A stretch of DNA of 64,000 nt, taken from assembly GCA_051439465.1 (NCBI GenBank), contig JBFRWF010000106.1, positions 1,582-65,581 on the forward strand. Reading direction: 5' to 3'. Below, in pieces: positions 10,472 through 19,933 of this stretch. Numbering within the stretch: the first letter of the stretch is position 1; each line of letters begins with the position of its first letter. Position numbers and translations under genes: made by a program. The notes under the pieces are model-generated. The model was not told the DNA's origin. It did not search any database and saw only the letters and a program-made list of their open reading frames with translations. Source of the stretch: Xenococcaceae cyanobacterium (GTDB lineage: Bacteria; Cyanobacteriota; Cyanobacteriia; Cyanobacteriales; JBFRWF01).

Positions 10472-11503
10472 CTAGTTTGATAATTGCCACTCAATATCTG
10501 TCTGATGGAGGATCTGGTTGGCTGAGATTTGACGAACGGCGCGACGGCCAATTACTTCATTATAACGGGCTGCTGGCAGACCAGTTCCCGGCTTTTTTAT
10601 GCCAATCATTTCGGGAGCTATCGCCGCTCCTGCTGGGATATCCACCAAGGAAACCAGACTCTTTTCAAAAGTCTGTTTCATAGTGCGGAAGCGCTCTACA
10701 TCTTGCTTGTCTACTGGATTTGCTAGCATTATTTCAATTGCCCTTATCCCCTGTACCAACTGGGTAAAGTCATCTGGCTCTAGGGAGTGTTTGGCATCGC
10801 TGCCGTACATTTTCCGACTGAAGGTTAGGTGCTTCTCGATGACGGAGGCTCCGAGAGTTACAGCTGCAAATGCCGAGTAGTTGGTAAGGGTATGATCGGA
10901 AAGGCCGACTGGAAGTTTGTAGCGCTTTTTCATCTCCAGCATGACGTTCAGCCCGACATTTTCGTAGGGACAGGGATATTCTGAGGTACACTGGAGAACT
11001 GTGAGGCGATTGTGGGAGCGCAGAATGGTGTTGACAGCCTCATCTAACTCTGCCCAGGAACTCATGCCGGAGGAGAGGAGTACGGGTTTGTTAGTTTGGG
11101 CGATCGCCTCTAACAAGGGCAGATTTGTGACCTCTCCCGATGGTATTTTATAGCGGCCCACCCCTACCTGTTCTAAAAGCTCCACTGCTTCGATCGAGAA
11201 TGGTGAGGAGAGAAACTCCACGCCTTGCTCCTCACAATGCGCCTTAATTGCCTGCCATTGCTCAAAGCTGAACCCCGTGCGTTCAAAATACTCATAGCGC
11301 GGTTCGCCAGTAAAGTAGGGGGGCATTGGCGCATCGCGGAGTGTCTCAGTCCAAGCAATATGGGTCTGAAATTTTACGGCATCAGCACCGCATTCTGCTG
11401 CCAAGTCAATTAATCGTTTGGCGTTGCCGAAGCTACCGTCATGGACTGAGCCTACCTCAGCAATCATCAAGGTTTTACTCATATCTAAAAGCTCCACAGC
11501 CAT
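10472..11503 (-). CDS. neuB: N-acetylneuraminate/nonulosonate synthase with SAF domain
   Basis: IAEVGSVHDG, DAVKFQTH, KIPSGE, GLSDHT, IEKH, KKPGTG. Confidence 0.93.
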   Translation of the reverse strand: MAVELLDMSKTLMIAEVGSVHDGSFGNAKRLIDLAAECGADAVKFQTHIAWTETLRDAPMPPYFTGEPRYEYFERTGFSFEQWQAIKAHCEEQGVEFLSSPFSIEAVELLEQVGVGRYKIPSGEVTNLPLLEAIAQTNKPVLLSSGMSSWAELDEAVNTILRSHNRLTVLQCTSEYPCPYENVGLNVMLEMKKRYKLPVGLSDHTLTNYSAFAAVTLGASVIEKHLTFSRKMYGSDAKHSLEPDDFTQLVQGIRAIEIMLANPVDKQDVERFRTMKQTFEKSLVSLVDIPAGAAIAPEMIGIKKPGTGLPAARYNEVIGRRAVRQISANQILHQTDIEWQLSN

Positions 11504-12780
11504 CAGTTTTTCTTTGTATAGATTGGAGGAACTTCACCTGGGTGATTGAAATGAATCGGAAACAAAGGCTCATCTTGGTTATAACGGAATGAAATATCCA
11601 TAGAGTGGGCAACAGGCTGACGAGCTACGTTAAAATTCATTTCTCGGGTGTATAGAACTCGTTCATCCTGGACTTGCTTAATCTGGAAAAAGGCATGATC
11701 CCATGTGAATCTTAGTGACTTTCCCTGTTCTTCTGACAAAAATTTAAATATATCTAGAAGTTGAGTGGGCTTAGCTGTTGAAATAGGCGTAGGTAATCCG
11801 CCAAATGACCTGCCGTCTGGAGGAACCTTCCGAGCAAGTATCTGTAGGTTGATGTCTACTTTCATGGCTATCGGAGTAAATCCATATTTTTCCAACAATA
11901 AAGATAGTGAGCGAGGCGAAAAAGAGTGGCAATGTACTGGGGAATGGCATCGATGGATTAGGTTGACTTCATGCATAAGGTATGGAACCTGAATATACAA
12001 ATACCCTTCTTTTTTAATTAAATCTGATAATTGTTTTATATGTTTTTCTGGAGTGGCAATATGTTCTAGTACTTGGGTTGAGTATACTAAGTCAAAAGGT
12101 CCCAGATGCTCAATAGGTTTGAAACTATCAACTGGACAATCAAAAACATTCAACCCTCGCTCTCGACAAGATTTTGCCCTGTATGCCGAAGCCTCAGTTC
12201 CAAAAGCACTAAATCCTCTTCTGTGAAAAACCTCTAACACATATCCGTGACCACATCCAACTTCCAAAACCTTGTTGATATCTGGTTTAGCTAGATAGTA
12301 TACTCCATCACTTTCTGCAACACCAAACAGAAAGGATAAGATTTCCATTGCCCCCCTGTTGACACTTATATCAGGATTGAAAAGAGGTGATTTTGTTTTT
12401 CTAGAATTCTTTAATAAGTGACGTTTTATAATTCTCAAACTGACTTGAGTTAATGGCAACTTTTTAAGTACTCTTTTAAATCGAGCTAGGGGGTTTGCCG
12501 AAGAATTTATTGATGCTGTCCTACCAGTATCCCACTCGGTCGCATAATAGCGTTGATACCATTGTACACTTGGTAGTTTTCGGAGATACAAATGCTCGCA
12601 ACGCTTACAAAATGCTGTTTCTATAGACGTGAGTTCTTGACAACGAACGTCTGCTAACAGAAAAGATTCATCATCTCGATTGCAAATCGGACAATTCGTA
12701 TATGTATAATCCTCTTGTTCTGGATAAGCCAGCATTGCGGGACTCTTCAGGATAAAATTTGACACATTCACTTCCATCAT
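11503..12780 (-). CDS. Class I SAM methyltransferase with N-terminal zinc-binding CxxC pairs
   Basis: CPIC...CKRC, VLEVGCGHG, FDLVYSTQVLEH. Confidence 0.85.
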   Translation of the reverse strand: MMEVNVSNFILKSPAMLAYPEQEDYTYTNCPICNRDDESFLLADVRCQELTSIETAFCKRCEHLYLRKLPSVQWYQRYYATEWDTGRTASINSSANPLARFKRVLKKLPLTQVSLRIIKRHLLKNSRKTKSPLFNPDISVNRGAMEILSFLFGVAESDGVYYLAKPDINKVLEVGCGHGYVLEVFHRRGFSAFGTEASAYRAKSCRERGLNVFDCPVDSFKPIEHLGPFDLVYSTQVLEHIATPEKHIKQLSDLIKKEGYLYIQVPYLMHEVNLIHRCHSPVHCHSFSPRSLSLLLEKYGFTPIAMKVDINLQILARKVPPDGRSFGGLPTPISTAKPTQLLDIFKFLSEEQGKSLRFTWDHAFFQIKQVQDERVLYTREMNFNVARQPVAHSMDISFRYNQDEPLFPIHFNHPGEVPPIYTKKN

Positions 12781-12788
12781 TTCAATCC

Positions 12789-13730
12789 TTATTTTGCAAA
12801 CAAAGCATATTTTTGGGTATTTGTTAGCTTAACATCACAGGAACTATGCAATACGAGAGAACTGGGGTATTTGGGTTTGCCAGAGGTGTATTGGAATATG
12901 AGCATGAGCCGATAACCTCTCTCTGGTTTCAACCCTTTGTGATAGCCTATCGTATCAGCCAAGATCGCGGTTTTTGCATGACCAGTACACACCTTCCATT
13001 TTAGGGGAGGAATAGAGCTGGCCATTTCTTCATCGCTGACCCGTCCTGATGCATCGGTACACACCTGCTCCTTATAGAGTTTTCCGAGTCGATGTGTTTT
13101 TGGGATAAAGCAAAACGGCCCATTAGTTTCATCCACATCATTGAGATATATAAAAACTTTCACATTCATATGGTCATCAGTGTCGCGATGCCAAAGTTGC
13201 GTTTCCTTTGCTGGTTCAGAAATCGGAAAGTTAAGCCAAACATTCACATCCCGCAAATAGCTCTGCATACCTAGATATCCGTTAACCATATCTAGAAGCC
13301 TTGGCTGAATAGCAAGCTGAATGAAGGGACCCGCTAGATCAAGCTCCTTCGGTAACAGACGAAGAACATAATCCTTTCTGTCGCTTCCGGAATGGTGCTT
13401 TCTAAGTATGTCTTGAACCTTGTCTTCCTGTAACTTTTCCTCCATAGCAACCATGATTTCGTCTAGGAGCAGGAGAGCAGTTTTGTTAAAAATATCATCG
13501 GAATGTCCCACGAAGATACCTTCCGATTTAAGGGTGGCTATGTCGATGTGTAGCTGTCTATCAAAGCCATCATTTAGTCTGTCTTGTCTGTAACGGAAAC
13601 TTGGTTCAAAATTACTTATCCACCTCCACCAAAACGTGGATTGATCTATTCTTGGTAATATTAATTTTCTGAGGCTCACCGAGTTTCCTTTTTTTGCTCC
13701 GATATTCATAGCTTGGCTTTTATCTGACAT
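12789..13730 (-). CDS. PhyH-family Fe(II)/2-oxoglutarate dioxygenase
   Basis: WHRD (HxD), GPFCFIPKTH, ADTIGYHKG, distal R. Confidence 0.8.
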   Translation of the reverse strand: MSDKSQAMNIGAKKGNSVSLRKLILPRIDQSTFWWRWISNFEPSFRYRQDRLNDGFDRQLHIDIATLKSEGIFVGHSDDIFNKTALLLLDEIMVAMEEKLQEDKVQDILRKHHSGSDRKDYVLRLLPKELDLAGPFIQLAIQPRLLDMVNGYLGMQSYLRDVNVWLNFPISEPAKETQLWHRDTDDHMNVKVFIYLNDVDETNGPFCFIPKTHRLGKLYKEQVCTDASGRVSDEEMASSIPPLKWKVCTGHAKTAILADTIGYHKGLKPERGYRLMLIFQYTSGKPKYPSSLVLHSSCDVKLTNTQKYALFAK

Positions 13731-13767
13731 ATTTTTGCATATAGTATAGTCGTTCGGTCTTTGTTTT

Positions 13768-14685
13768 CTATCTATAATGCTTCCACGCTACGATATCCGG
13801 GTTATCTCCTTTTAGCGTGTATGGTGCCACAGCATGTGGCACTGGTGGCCTAGCATTATCAATCCGATCGACTCGAGCAAAAAATTTTGACAGCATATGG
13901 ACAAACATCTTCTCATCAGGGTGAATCATATGAAAAGGATTATTAAACTTTTTCGATATTTCATCACAGAATATGATGATTCCGTTATCTGACAGAAGAG
14001 ACTGGAGGGTTTTCAAGTCCCTGGTAATCTCTACAGAATGAGTGATTGTGTGAAAACATACAATCAGATCAAATTTAAGCTCAACAGTGGGATCGACTTC
14101 AATAGTAGCCGCTAAATCCCCCTCTAGAATATGTATGCTAGGAATATGCTCGCGAATATATCTTGTGCAGTTGTGCACCATATCCATACCCCAGAGTTTC
14201 GCACCATACTTCTCGCCAAAGTGTTGTAGTATGTTACCGTAAACACAGCGAATGTGCAGAACTTTTTCTAATTTTTTAATTTTATGTTTCTGAAGATACT
14301 CGTCCCACTTGGGCAACCTTTTGCTGTACCAAATCTGATGTAAATGTTCTATCCATTGTGGAGATGGTGGGTAAGTTTTAAAGTTGTTTCCCTCACTCAG
14401 TGTGTCTAACCCTAGGTCATAAAAGACTCGGCGACCTGCTTCAGAAAACTTATAAAAGGATTGCTCTAAACCGCAATCTAGGCAGATTCCATTGTCCCGC
14501 CGGTGCATTTGATCTTCATACTGTTTTGCGCATGCAGGTATCTCATAAGGCAGCGACAACCAGACCCCTGGATAAAGTTTGATCCGATCACTACCACAAA
14601 AAACGCAATTTCTCGTTGTTATGCCTGTACTTTTCCTAAAATCAAGGTTGACATTAAAGATATATTGCGACCTGGCATAGATCAT
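13768..14685 (-). CDS. Class I SAM methyltransferase-fold protein (degenerate motif I)
   Basis: CVFC...CLDC, VLHIRCVYG in place of VLExGCxxG, FDLIVCFHTITH. Confidence 0.6.
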   Translation of the reverse strand: MIYARSQYIFNVNLDFRKSTGITTRNCVFCGSDRIKLYPGVWLSLPYEIPACAKQYEDQMHRRDNGICLDCGLEQSFYKFSEAGRRVFYDLGLDTLSEGNNFKTYPPSPQWIEHLHQIWYSKRLPKWDEYLQKHKIKKLEKVLHIRCVYGNILQHFGEKYGAKLWGMDMVHNCTRYIREHIPSIHILEGDLAATIEVDPTVELKFDLIVCFHTITHSVEITRDLKTLQSLLSDNGIIIFCDEISKKFNNPFHMIHPDEKMFVHMLSKFFARVDRIDNARPPVPHAVAPYTLKGDNPDIVAWKHYR

Positions 14686-14737
14686 AGTTTTCCTCCTTGA
14701 TATATCATATATTTGTAAATTCTCAAAAAGTGCTGGT

Positions 14738-14926
14738 GTAACCGTTCAGGGGGGCGATGCTCGTGGAGCTGCGCACGCTTACGCGAACGGGAACAGGCTC
14801 TCAGGTAGGGTAAGTCAGGCGATCGGGAATAGACTCTCTAACAGGTTAAGTCAGGCGATCGGGAATAGGCTCTCTAGCAGGTTAAGTCAGGCGATCGCAT
14901 GCGCGATCCCCCCCGTGAACGGTTAC
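14738..14926. mobile_element. MITE with IS66-type ends
   Basis: TIRs GTAACCGTTCA-GGGGGG / CCCCCCC-G-TGAACGGTTAC; near-perfect 8-bp TSD GTGCTGGT (14730-14737) / GAGCTGGT (14927-14934); GTAA ends with 8-bp DR are IS66 hallmarks. Confidence 0.75.
14789..14896. repeat. 3 x 36-bp tandem repeat inside the MITE
   Basis: Unit GGGAAYAGRCTCTCTARCAGGTTAAGTCAGGCGATC at 14789, 14825 and 14861; no spacers. Confidence 0.9.
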
Positions 14927-14962
14927 GAGCTGGTAGAGAAGCCATAGCTTAGCTACCAGCTC
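14927..14962. terminator. Stem-loop, possible terminator or processing hairpin
   Basis: GAGCTGGTAG ... CTACCAGCTC 10-bp perfect inverted repeat; no clear U-tract. Confidence 0.3.
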
Positions 14963-15326
14963 GCCAAACAACCTAAGTAACAGCCAAAGCTTTGGCTCGA
15001 ATCGCGTCAGGTAAAGGTGGGATTTGTCCATCTCCTCGCAACCGCGATAAGCTGTTGCTGCCTTCTCACGAGGTTTCCTAAGCTCTCTACTTCGCGGCGG
15101 AGGGCAAAAGAGACGTTTCCTTGGGTCTTTGTTACAGCACTCATATTTCTGTTAGACCACATTTTGGGACTAATGGCAACCCCTGCACGACCTTGATTTT
15201 TCTTCGGAACAGCTTCCAGCAGTTATTGAGAGGTTACAATGGCAATGTCACTCATTTGTTAGTCTTAACTACAAAGAGCTGTAGAAGCTATCCCTACTAC
15301 TCGCTCAAATTTCAAATTATTGAAAG

Positions 15327-16586
15327 CTATACTTTTACATCATCATTCTTAATAATATGGGGTTTTGGTAGTGGCACAATGAAATCGCCTTTGTACCCTC
15401 GCCGTTTGAGGTTACGGCATAACTCAGACGCAATGTGCCACGAAAGCAAAAGCACAAAGGGTGGCTGGTCATTGTAAAGTTTTGACTCCTCTAGCACGGG
15501 AATCCTTTTTCCTGGTATATACTTGCCAATCTTCTTGGAACCCTGGATTTCCATCACGCATTCCATAATGCCGTCGTCAAGCCCCACATAATTAATGAGA
15601 GTACTGGCACGCGATGGTGCCCCAATTCCATATATTGCCGCATTTTCTCGCTTCAGCCGTGCCAACAATTCGTATAATTCCAGCTTTGATCGCACCACCC
15701 GGTGGCGAAACTCACCAATCCAGGCGTCACTCGTCATCCCTGCAGCCACTTCTTCTTGTAGCATCTGCTCAACTGATGAGTCAATTGTAGACTTATCACA
15801 CTTGCTAGCGTAGACTCGGATAGACCCCCCATGGGTGGGAATGCGTTTCACATAGAAAATGCGGAAACCGTGCGTTTCTAGCAAGTATTTCAGGCTCGTT
15901 AGCGAGTAATAGCGCAAATGCTCGTGATAGATAGTGTCATACTGGAGAGTTTCAATCAAATCTCTTAAATAGTGGGATTCAGAGATGAAAATCCCTTTAT
16001 CCCCGACAAGTTCCTCAATATTGTCAACAACCTGGTGAACGTCAGCAATGTGAGCGAACACATTAGTAGCCGTTACGATTTTTGGCACTCCATACTCGCT
16101 TTTTACCTTGTCCACAGCTTCCTTGTTAAAGAAAGTCATCAAAGTAGGTATGCCCCGCTCTTGGGCAATTTTAGCTGTCAGGGATGGCTCAATGCCCACT
16201 ACCCGATGGCCACCCTGGACAAAGTTACTCAACAGTGTGCCATCATTCGAGCCGATGTCAACAATCAGATCGTCTGTCCTAATCCCGATGCGATCGCTAA
16301 CTTCACGGTATAGATCGGCAAAATTCTCCCGCAGGATTTTAGTTGTGCCACTGGTGTAGGGATATTCCGGTGGAAACAGGATGTTGGGGTCAACCGCATA
16401 GCCTAGCTGTACCAAGTGAGACTCTCGACAGTACTGCATTTCTGCCGGAAAACAAGATTCTTCGTCAGCAGGTGCGCCAATTGGACGCATCGTGTTTACT
16501 GGGGGCAAATAGCCCAGAAACAGCACAGACTTTAGATTTGTAGAACCACTTATCTGACAGGTACTAATAGGACCGTAGTTTGTCAT
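15327..16586 (-). CDS. NDP-sugar C-methyltransferase (TylC3/EryBIII-like)
   Basis: N-terminal zinc-ribbon-like region, DIGSNDG, YDTIYHEH, THGGS, YGIGAP, C-terminal LLLSW. Confidence 0.85.
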   Translation of the reverse strand: MTNYGPISTCQISGSTNLKSVLFLGYLPPVNTMRPIGAPADEESCFPAEMQYCRESHLVQLGYAVDPNILFPPEYPYTSGTTKILRENFADLYREVSDRIGIRTDDLIVDIGSNDGTLLSNFVQGGHRVVGIEPSLTAKIAQERGIPTLMTFFNKEAVDKVKSEYGVPKIVTATNVFAHIADVHQVVDNIEELVGDKGIFISESHYLRDLIETLQYDTIYHEHLRYYSLTSLKYLLETHGFRIFYVKRIPTHGGSIRVYASKCDKSTIDSSVEQMLQEEVAAGMTSDAWIGEFRHRVVRSKLELYELLARLKRENAAIYGIGAPSRASTLINYVGLDDGIMECVMEIQGSKKIGKYIPGKRIPVLEESKLYNDQPPFVLLLSWHIASELCRNLKRRGYKGDFIVPLPKPHIIKNDDVKV

Positions 16587-17609
16587 TTAGTTCTCCTGGA
16601 TAAAAAGTTTTGCCGCTACTGTAGCATCTCCAGTACTAGCGGGACGTGGATGATCTACATACCACTGCACCGTCGTCGCTAAAGCATCGTCAAATTTGAC
16701 CTGTGGCTGAAAACCCAACTGTTGCAGCTTTCTAATATCCGGGCATCGTCGCAGCGTCCCTCCCACTGCCTCTGTACCAGGCACAATGCGAATCGAAACC
16801 CCCAGGTAATGGGCTACTCTGTGGGCAACATCCCGAATTTTCAACTCTTCCGTTGTGCCAATGTGGTAAATATTCAAATGCTCGCCCCGTTCGATAACCA
16901 GCATCAAACCAGCAGTAAAGTCGTCAATATAAATAAATGCCCTTGATTGGTCGCCAGTTCCTTGAATGGGAAATGGGATTTGTGAAGAGTTAGCCGTTTC
17001 TTTTAGCTGTGAAAGCCTGATAACAAACTGGGGAATAACGTGTTCCCACCCCATATTAGGACCAAATACGTTGTGGGGTCGGAAAATCAAAACCCGATCA
17101 AAGTATTCTCGCCCGTAATTAAGCGCCATGAGTTCGCTAATGATTTTCCCGCCACCGTAGGAATAACGGGGATTGTGAGGATTTGGCACCGAAAGCGGTA
17201 CAGATTCGTCTGTCGGCACCTGAGGTGGAGTTTGGTAGACTTCCGAACTAGAGGCTAGAATTAATTCGCCAACACCAGCTCGGATGCAGCTATCTATGAC
17301 GTTCACCATTCCCTTGACACCCACATCCAAGACGTATGCTGGTTTTTGATAGAAATATTCGGTGCCATTCACAAATGCTAAGTGACAGACTCTATCGACA
17401 CCTTTGACTGCCCGATAAACCACATCAGGATCGCGGATATCACCAGTCACAACCTCGATTTCTTGCTGGACATCGCCGAGGCGATCGGCAGAACCGCGAG
17501 AAGAATTATCTAAAACTCGAACTTGGTGGCCTGCCCAAAGGAGCGATCGTACTAAGGGAGCGCCTAGAAAACCCAAGCCGCCAGTCACCAGATACCTAAG
17601 ACTATACAT
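16587..17609 (-). CDS. NAD-dependent epimerase/dehydratase (UDP-glucuronate decarboxylase-like)
   Basis: TGGLGFLG, ASSSEVY, RYSYGGGK (YxxxK), RRCPDI. Confidence 0.88.
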   Translation of the reverse strand: MYSLRYLVTGGLGFLGAPLVRSLLWAGHQVRVLDNSSRGSADRLGDVQQEIEVVTGDIRDPDVVYRAVKGVDRVCHLAFVNGTEYFYQKPAYVLDVGVKGMVNVIDSCIRAGVGELILASSSEVYQTPPQVPTDESVPLSVPNPHNPRYSYGGGKIISELMALNYGREYFDRVLIFRPHNVFGPNMGWEHVIPQFVIRLSQLKETANSSQIPFPIQGTGDQSRAFIYIDDFTAGLMLVIERGEHLNIYHIGTTEELKIRDVAHRVAHYLGVSIRIVPGTEAVGGTLRRCPDIRKLQQLGFQPQVKFDDALATTVQWYVDHPRPASTGDATVAAKLFIQEN

Positions 17610-17617
17610 AGTATTGC

Positions 17618-18433
17618 TTACTGCTGAATAACCCTTTCCAGATGCCCCAGCCTGTTAACATTTTTGACCAGCTTGAATTCCCCATCAGCGACGATTTCGT
17701 TGACGAGCCGCCCCACTGTGTCCGAGTGAGTCTTAAATATTCCCTCATCAAAAACATCATCAAACAATACCGCTCCTCCTACACGAACCCGTTTTCCAAA
17801 CCTTTCAAAATCATTTTTAACACCTTCATAACTATGATCGCCATCAATAAATACTACATCTACCTCTCCTGTATCAATCTCAAGGGTTCGCGAATCTCCC
17901 ACTAGAATATTGGCTTTTACTTTAGATTTCAAATTCAATCTTTGAAGGGCATCTGCTATTTGTTCATTATAAGACCTAACCTTTTTATCTTTTTGGCTAC
18001 GAGCTTCCTTTTTACCAATGTCAATAGACCACAATTCTCCCCCACCGTACTCACTTAATGCTGCTGCAATTACGAGGGTTGATCCACCTTTATAGCGACC
18101 AATCTCTATCACTTTATGAGCTTGTAATTGTCTGATTATCCCAAACATATAAGCTGTCTGGCGGATGGTCATAGAAATGACACCATGGTTTAGTGAATTG
18201 CTAGCAAATAATCCTGACAAGTGTTCAAATTGCAAAATATCTTCAACAGGCAAATCGAATGGCATATTGTCTAAATTCGGTTTCCGGTTGAGGTAGGGAC
18301 CTATCACTTCTAGCACTTCTTGAGGGTTTGTTTCCCAAAGACGCGCTACTAAGTCCCTTAAAACACGCTGTGGTAACAGAGAAACTAACCCTGTACTCAT
18401 CCGATGCTTAAATTCTTGAATAAGTTGTTTCAT
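17618..18433 (-). CDS. Class I SAM O-methyltransferase (Methyltransf_24)
   Basis: IEIGRYKGGS, WSID, FIDGDHSY, VLFDD. Confidence 0.85.
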   Translation of the reverse strand: MKQLIQEFKHRMSTGLVSLLPQRVLRDLVARLWETNPQEVLEVIGPYLNRKPNLDNMPFDLPVEDILQFEHLSGLFASNSLNHGVISMTIRQTAYMFGIIRQLQAHKVIEIGRYKGGSTLVIAAALSEYGGGELWSIDIGKKEARSQKDKKVRSYNEQIADALQRLNLKSKVKANILVGDSRTLEIDTGEVDVVFIDGDHSYEGVKNDFERFGKRVRVGGAVLFDDVFDEGIFKTHSDTVGRLVNEIVADGEFKLVKNVNRLGHLERVIQQ

Positions 18434-18507
18434 GCTGGCTCAGTAAGATCCGCTAAATTTTAGTAACCATACATTAAAAACAGCTACTTGTTTACACTAA
18501 TTGGATT

Positions 18508-19890
18508 TCATTGTTCTTGACAAGATGGGGACTTAGCAACCAAACGCCCCATCTCCTGCGATAAAGCCTCTGCTACAACTAAGGACTTGAAGTACTTCTG
18601 ATAAGTATTCCTCCCTCCCTGCCGAACGCGCAGATTGAGTTCTGAGTCAGTGGCTGCGAGGAAAATCATCTGAGCAACCTCATTAGCTGTGGATCCAACC
18701 AAAGCATTCTCCCCATGGGTTATTTCAGGCATTGCCTTCTTACTATTGCCATGAACAATCAAGCAAAGCCCCATTGACCATGCCACAATATGACGGGTGT
18801 AGGCAGCCTGGTAGGGGCCAGCATTGTTCAACAACAAGAACATATCGCTGGACTTTAGCTCCCTATCCAAATCTTCTACAAAGCCTTGTATGACTATGTG
18901 TTCCTGTTGAAGATACGGTTTTAAGGTTGGGACTACATCACCCCCACCGATGATGTGAATCTGGTAATTTAGCCCCTTCATCATTTCTTTGAGTTTAGGA
19001 ACCACATCCACAAGCAAAAACTTTAAGCCGTAGGTGCCGCCAGTGCGGTTGAGATAACCGATATGCCCGATAATCTTGATTGGATGCTCTGAAGATCTGT
19101 GGGGCAGATTATCTTTGGCAATGCTGACTTGTTTGATGCCTGGGTCGCTCCAGACGTTCCTAATATAGATAGATATGGGGTGTCCTTGCTGACTATAGAA
19201 TTCAGCATTTGAAGCGGTGACGTTGGCAATAACATCAACATCCCTCATCAACCGCAGATGTGCTTGCTTGAATTCCCTGAGTGAGACTTTTTGAACAAAC
19301 TCTCTCAACCCTTGGCGAATGAGACTGGCAACACCCGTTTTTGCTGGTTCTGCTATTCCCAAAAAAAGCGCCTTGTCTTTCATCCGCATCTCAGAGGGAA
19401 TAAAGTCTACATCACCATGATAGGCAATCTTCGGGACTTGGCGTAATCCATAAGTGGCAGCCATACCTTCAGGACTCCAGATTGTGAGGATGGCATCTGC
19501 CTGATGTGACTCGATGCGATCGCCCACAATCTCCCTAACCCGCACGGTTGGGTAATAGTCCTCGATTCGTACCTGTCCCCTCAAAAGCCTCATCAATCTA
19601 CCCAGCTTCCTGAGAGGGGAAGATGAGCGAGTCGATTTCTGGTATTGCAACCCATAAATAGGAGGCAATACAACTACTCCTTGTTCCTTGAGGTGGTTTA
19701 GTTCACTTTCTTCCGATGGCTGGAGGGAGCTGTCACCACGGAACTGGTTGAAAATTAGTTGCAGGAAAATCTCATGTTCCAGACTAACCAAGCCTTTGAG
19801 TAATTCATACGAGACGATGTGAGTTGCGGTGACACCTTCTTGACCATGATTGCGATAAGGCACGGCACTGCCAATCAATAATATCTTCAC
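18508..19890 (-). CDS. GT-B glycosyltransferase (GT4-like)
   Basis: GTG start after GGAGGA; GFVEDL, AWSMG, LRVRQGGR C-terminal GT-B features. Confidence 0.7.
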   Translation of the reverse strand: MKILLIGSAVPYRNHGQEGVTATHIVSYELLKGLVSLEHEIFLQLIFNQFRGDSSLQPSEESELNHLKEQGVVVLPPIYGLQYQKSTRSSSPLRKLGRLMRLLRGQVRIEDYYPTVRVREIVGDRIESHQADAILTIWSPEGMAATYGLRQVPKIAYHGDVDFIPSEMRMKDKALFLGIAEPAKTGVASLIRQGLREFVQKVSLREFKQAHLRLMRDVDVIANVTASNAEFYSQQGHPISIYIRNVWSDPGIKQVSIAKDNLPHRSSEHPIKIIGHIGYLNRTGGTYGLKFLLVDVVPKLKEMMKGLNYQIHIIGGGDVVPTLKPYLQQEHIVIQGFVEDLDRELKSSDMFLLLNNAGPYQAAYTRHIVAWSMGLCLIVHGNSKKAMPEITHGENALVGSTANEVAQMIFLAATDSELNLRVRQGGRNTYQKYFKSLVVAEALSQEMGRLVAKSPSCQEQ

Positions 19891-19933
19891 CAGGACAGTT
19901 CCTCCCAAATAGATTCAACAATCTCTACTTAAT

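Noticed and set aside
14789-14896. CRISPR array (36-bp repeats)
   Set aside because: Units are head-to-tail with no unique spacers, lie inside MITE TIRs, and no cas genes are present
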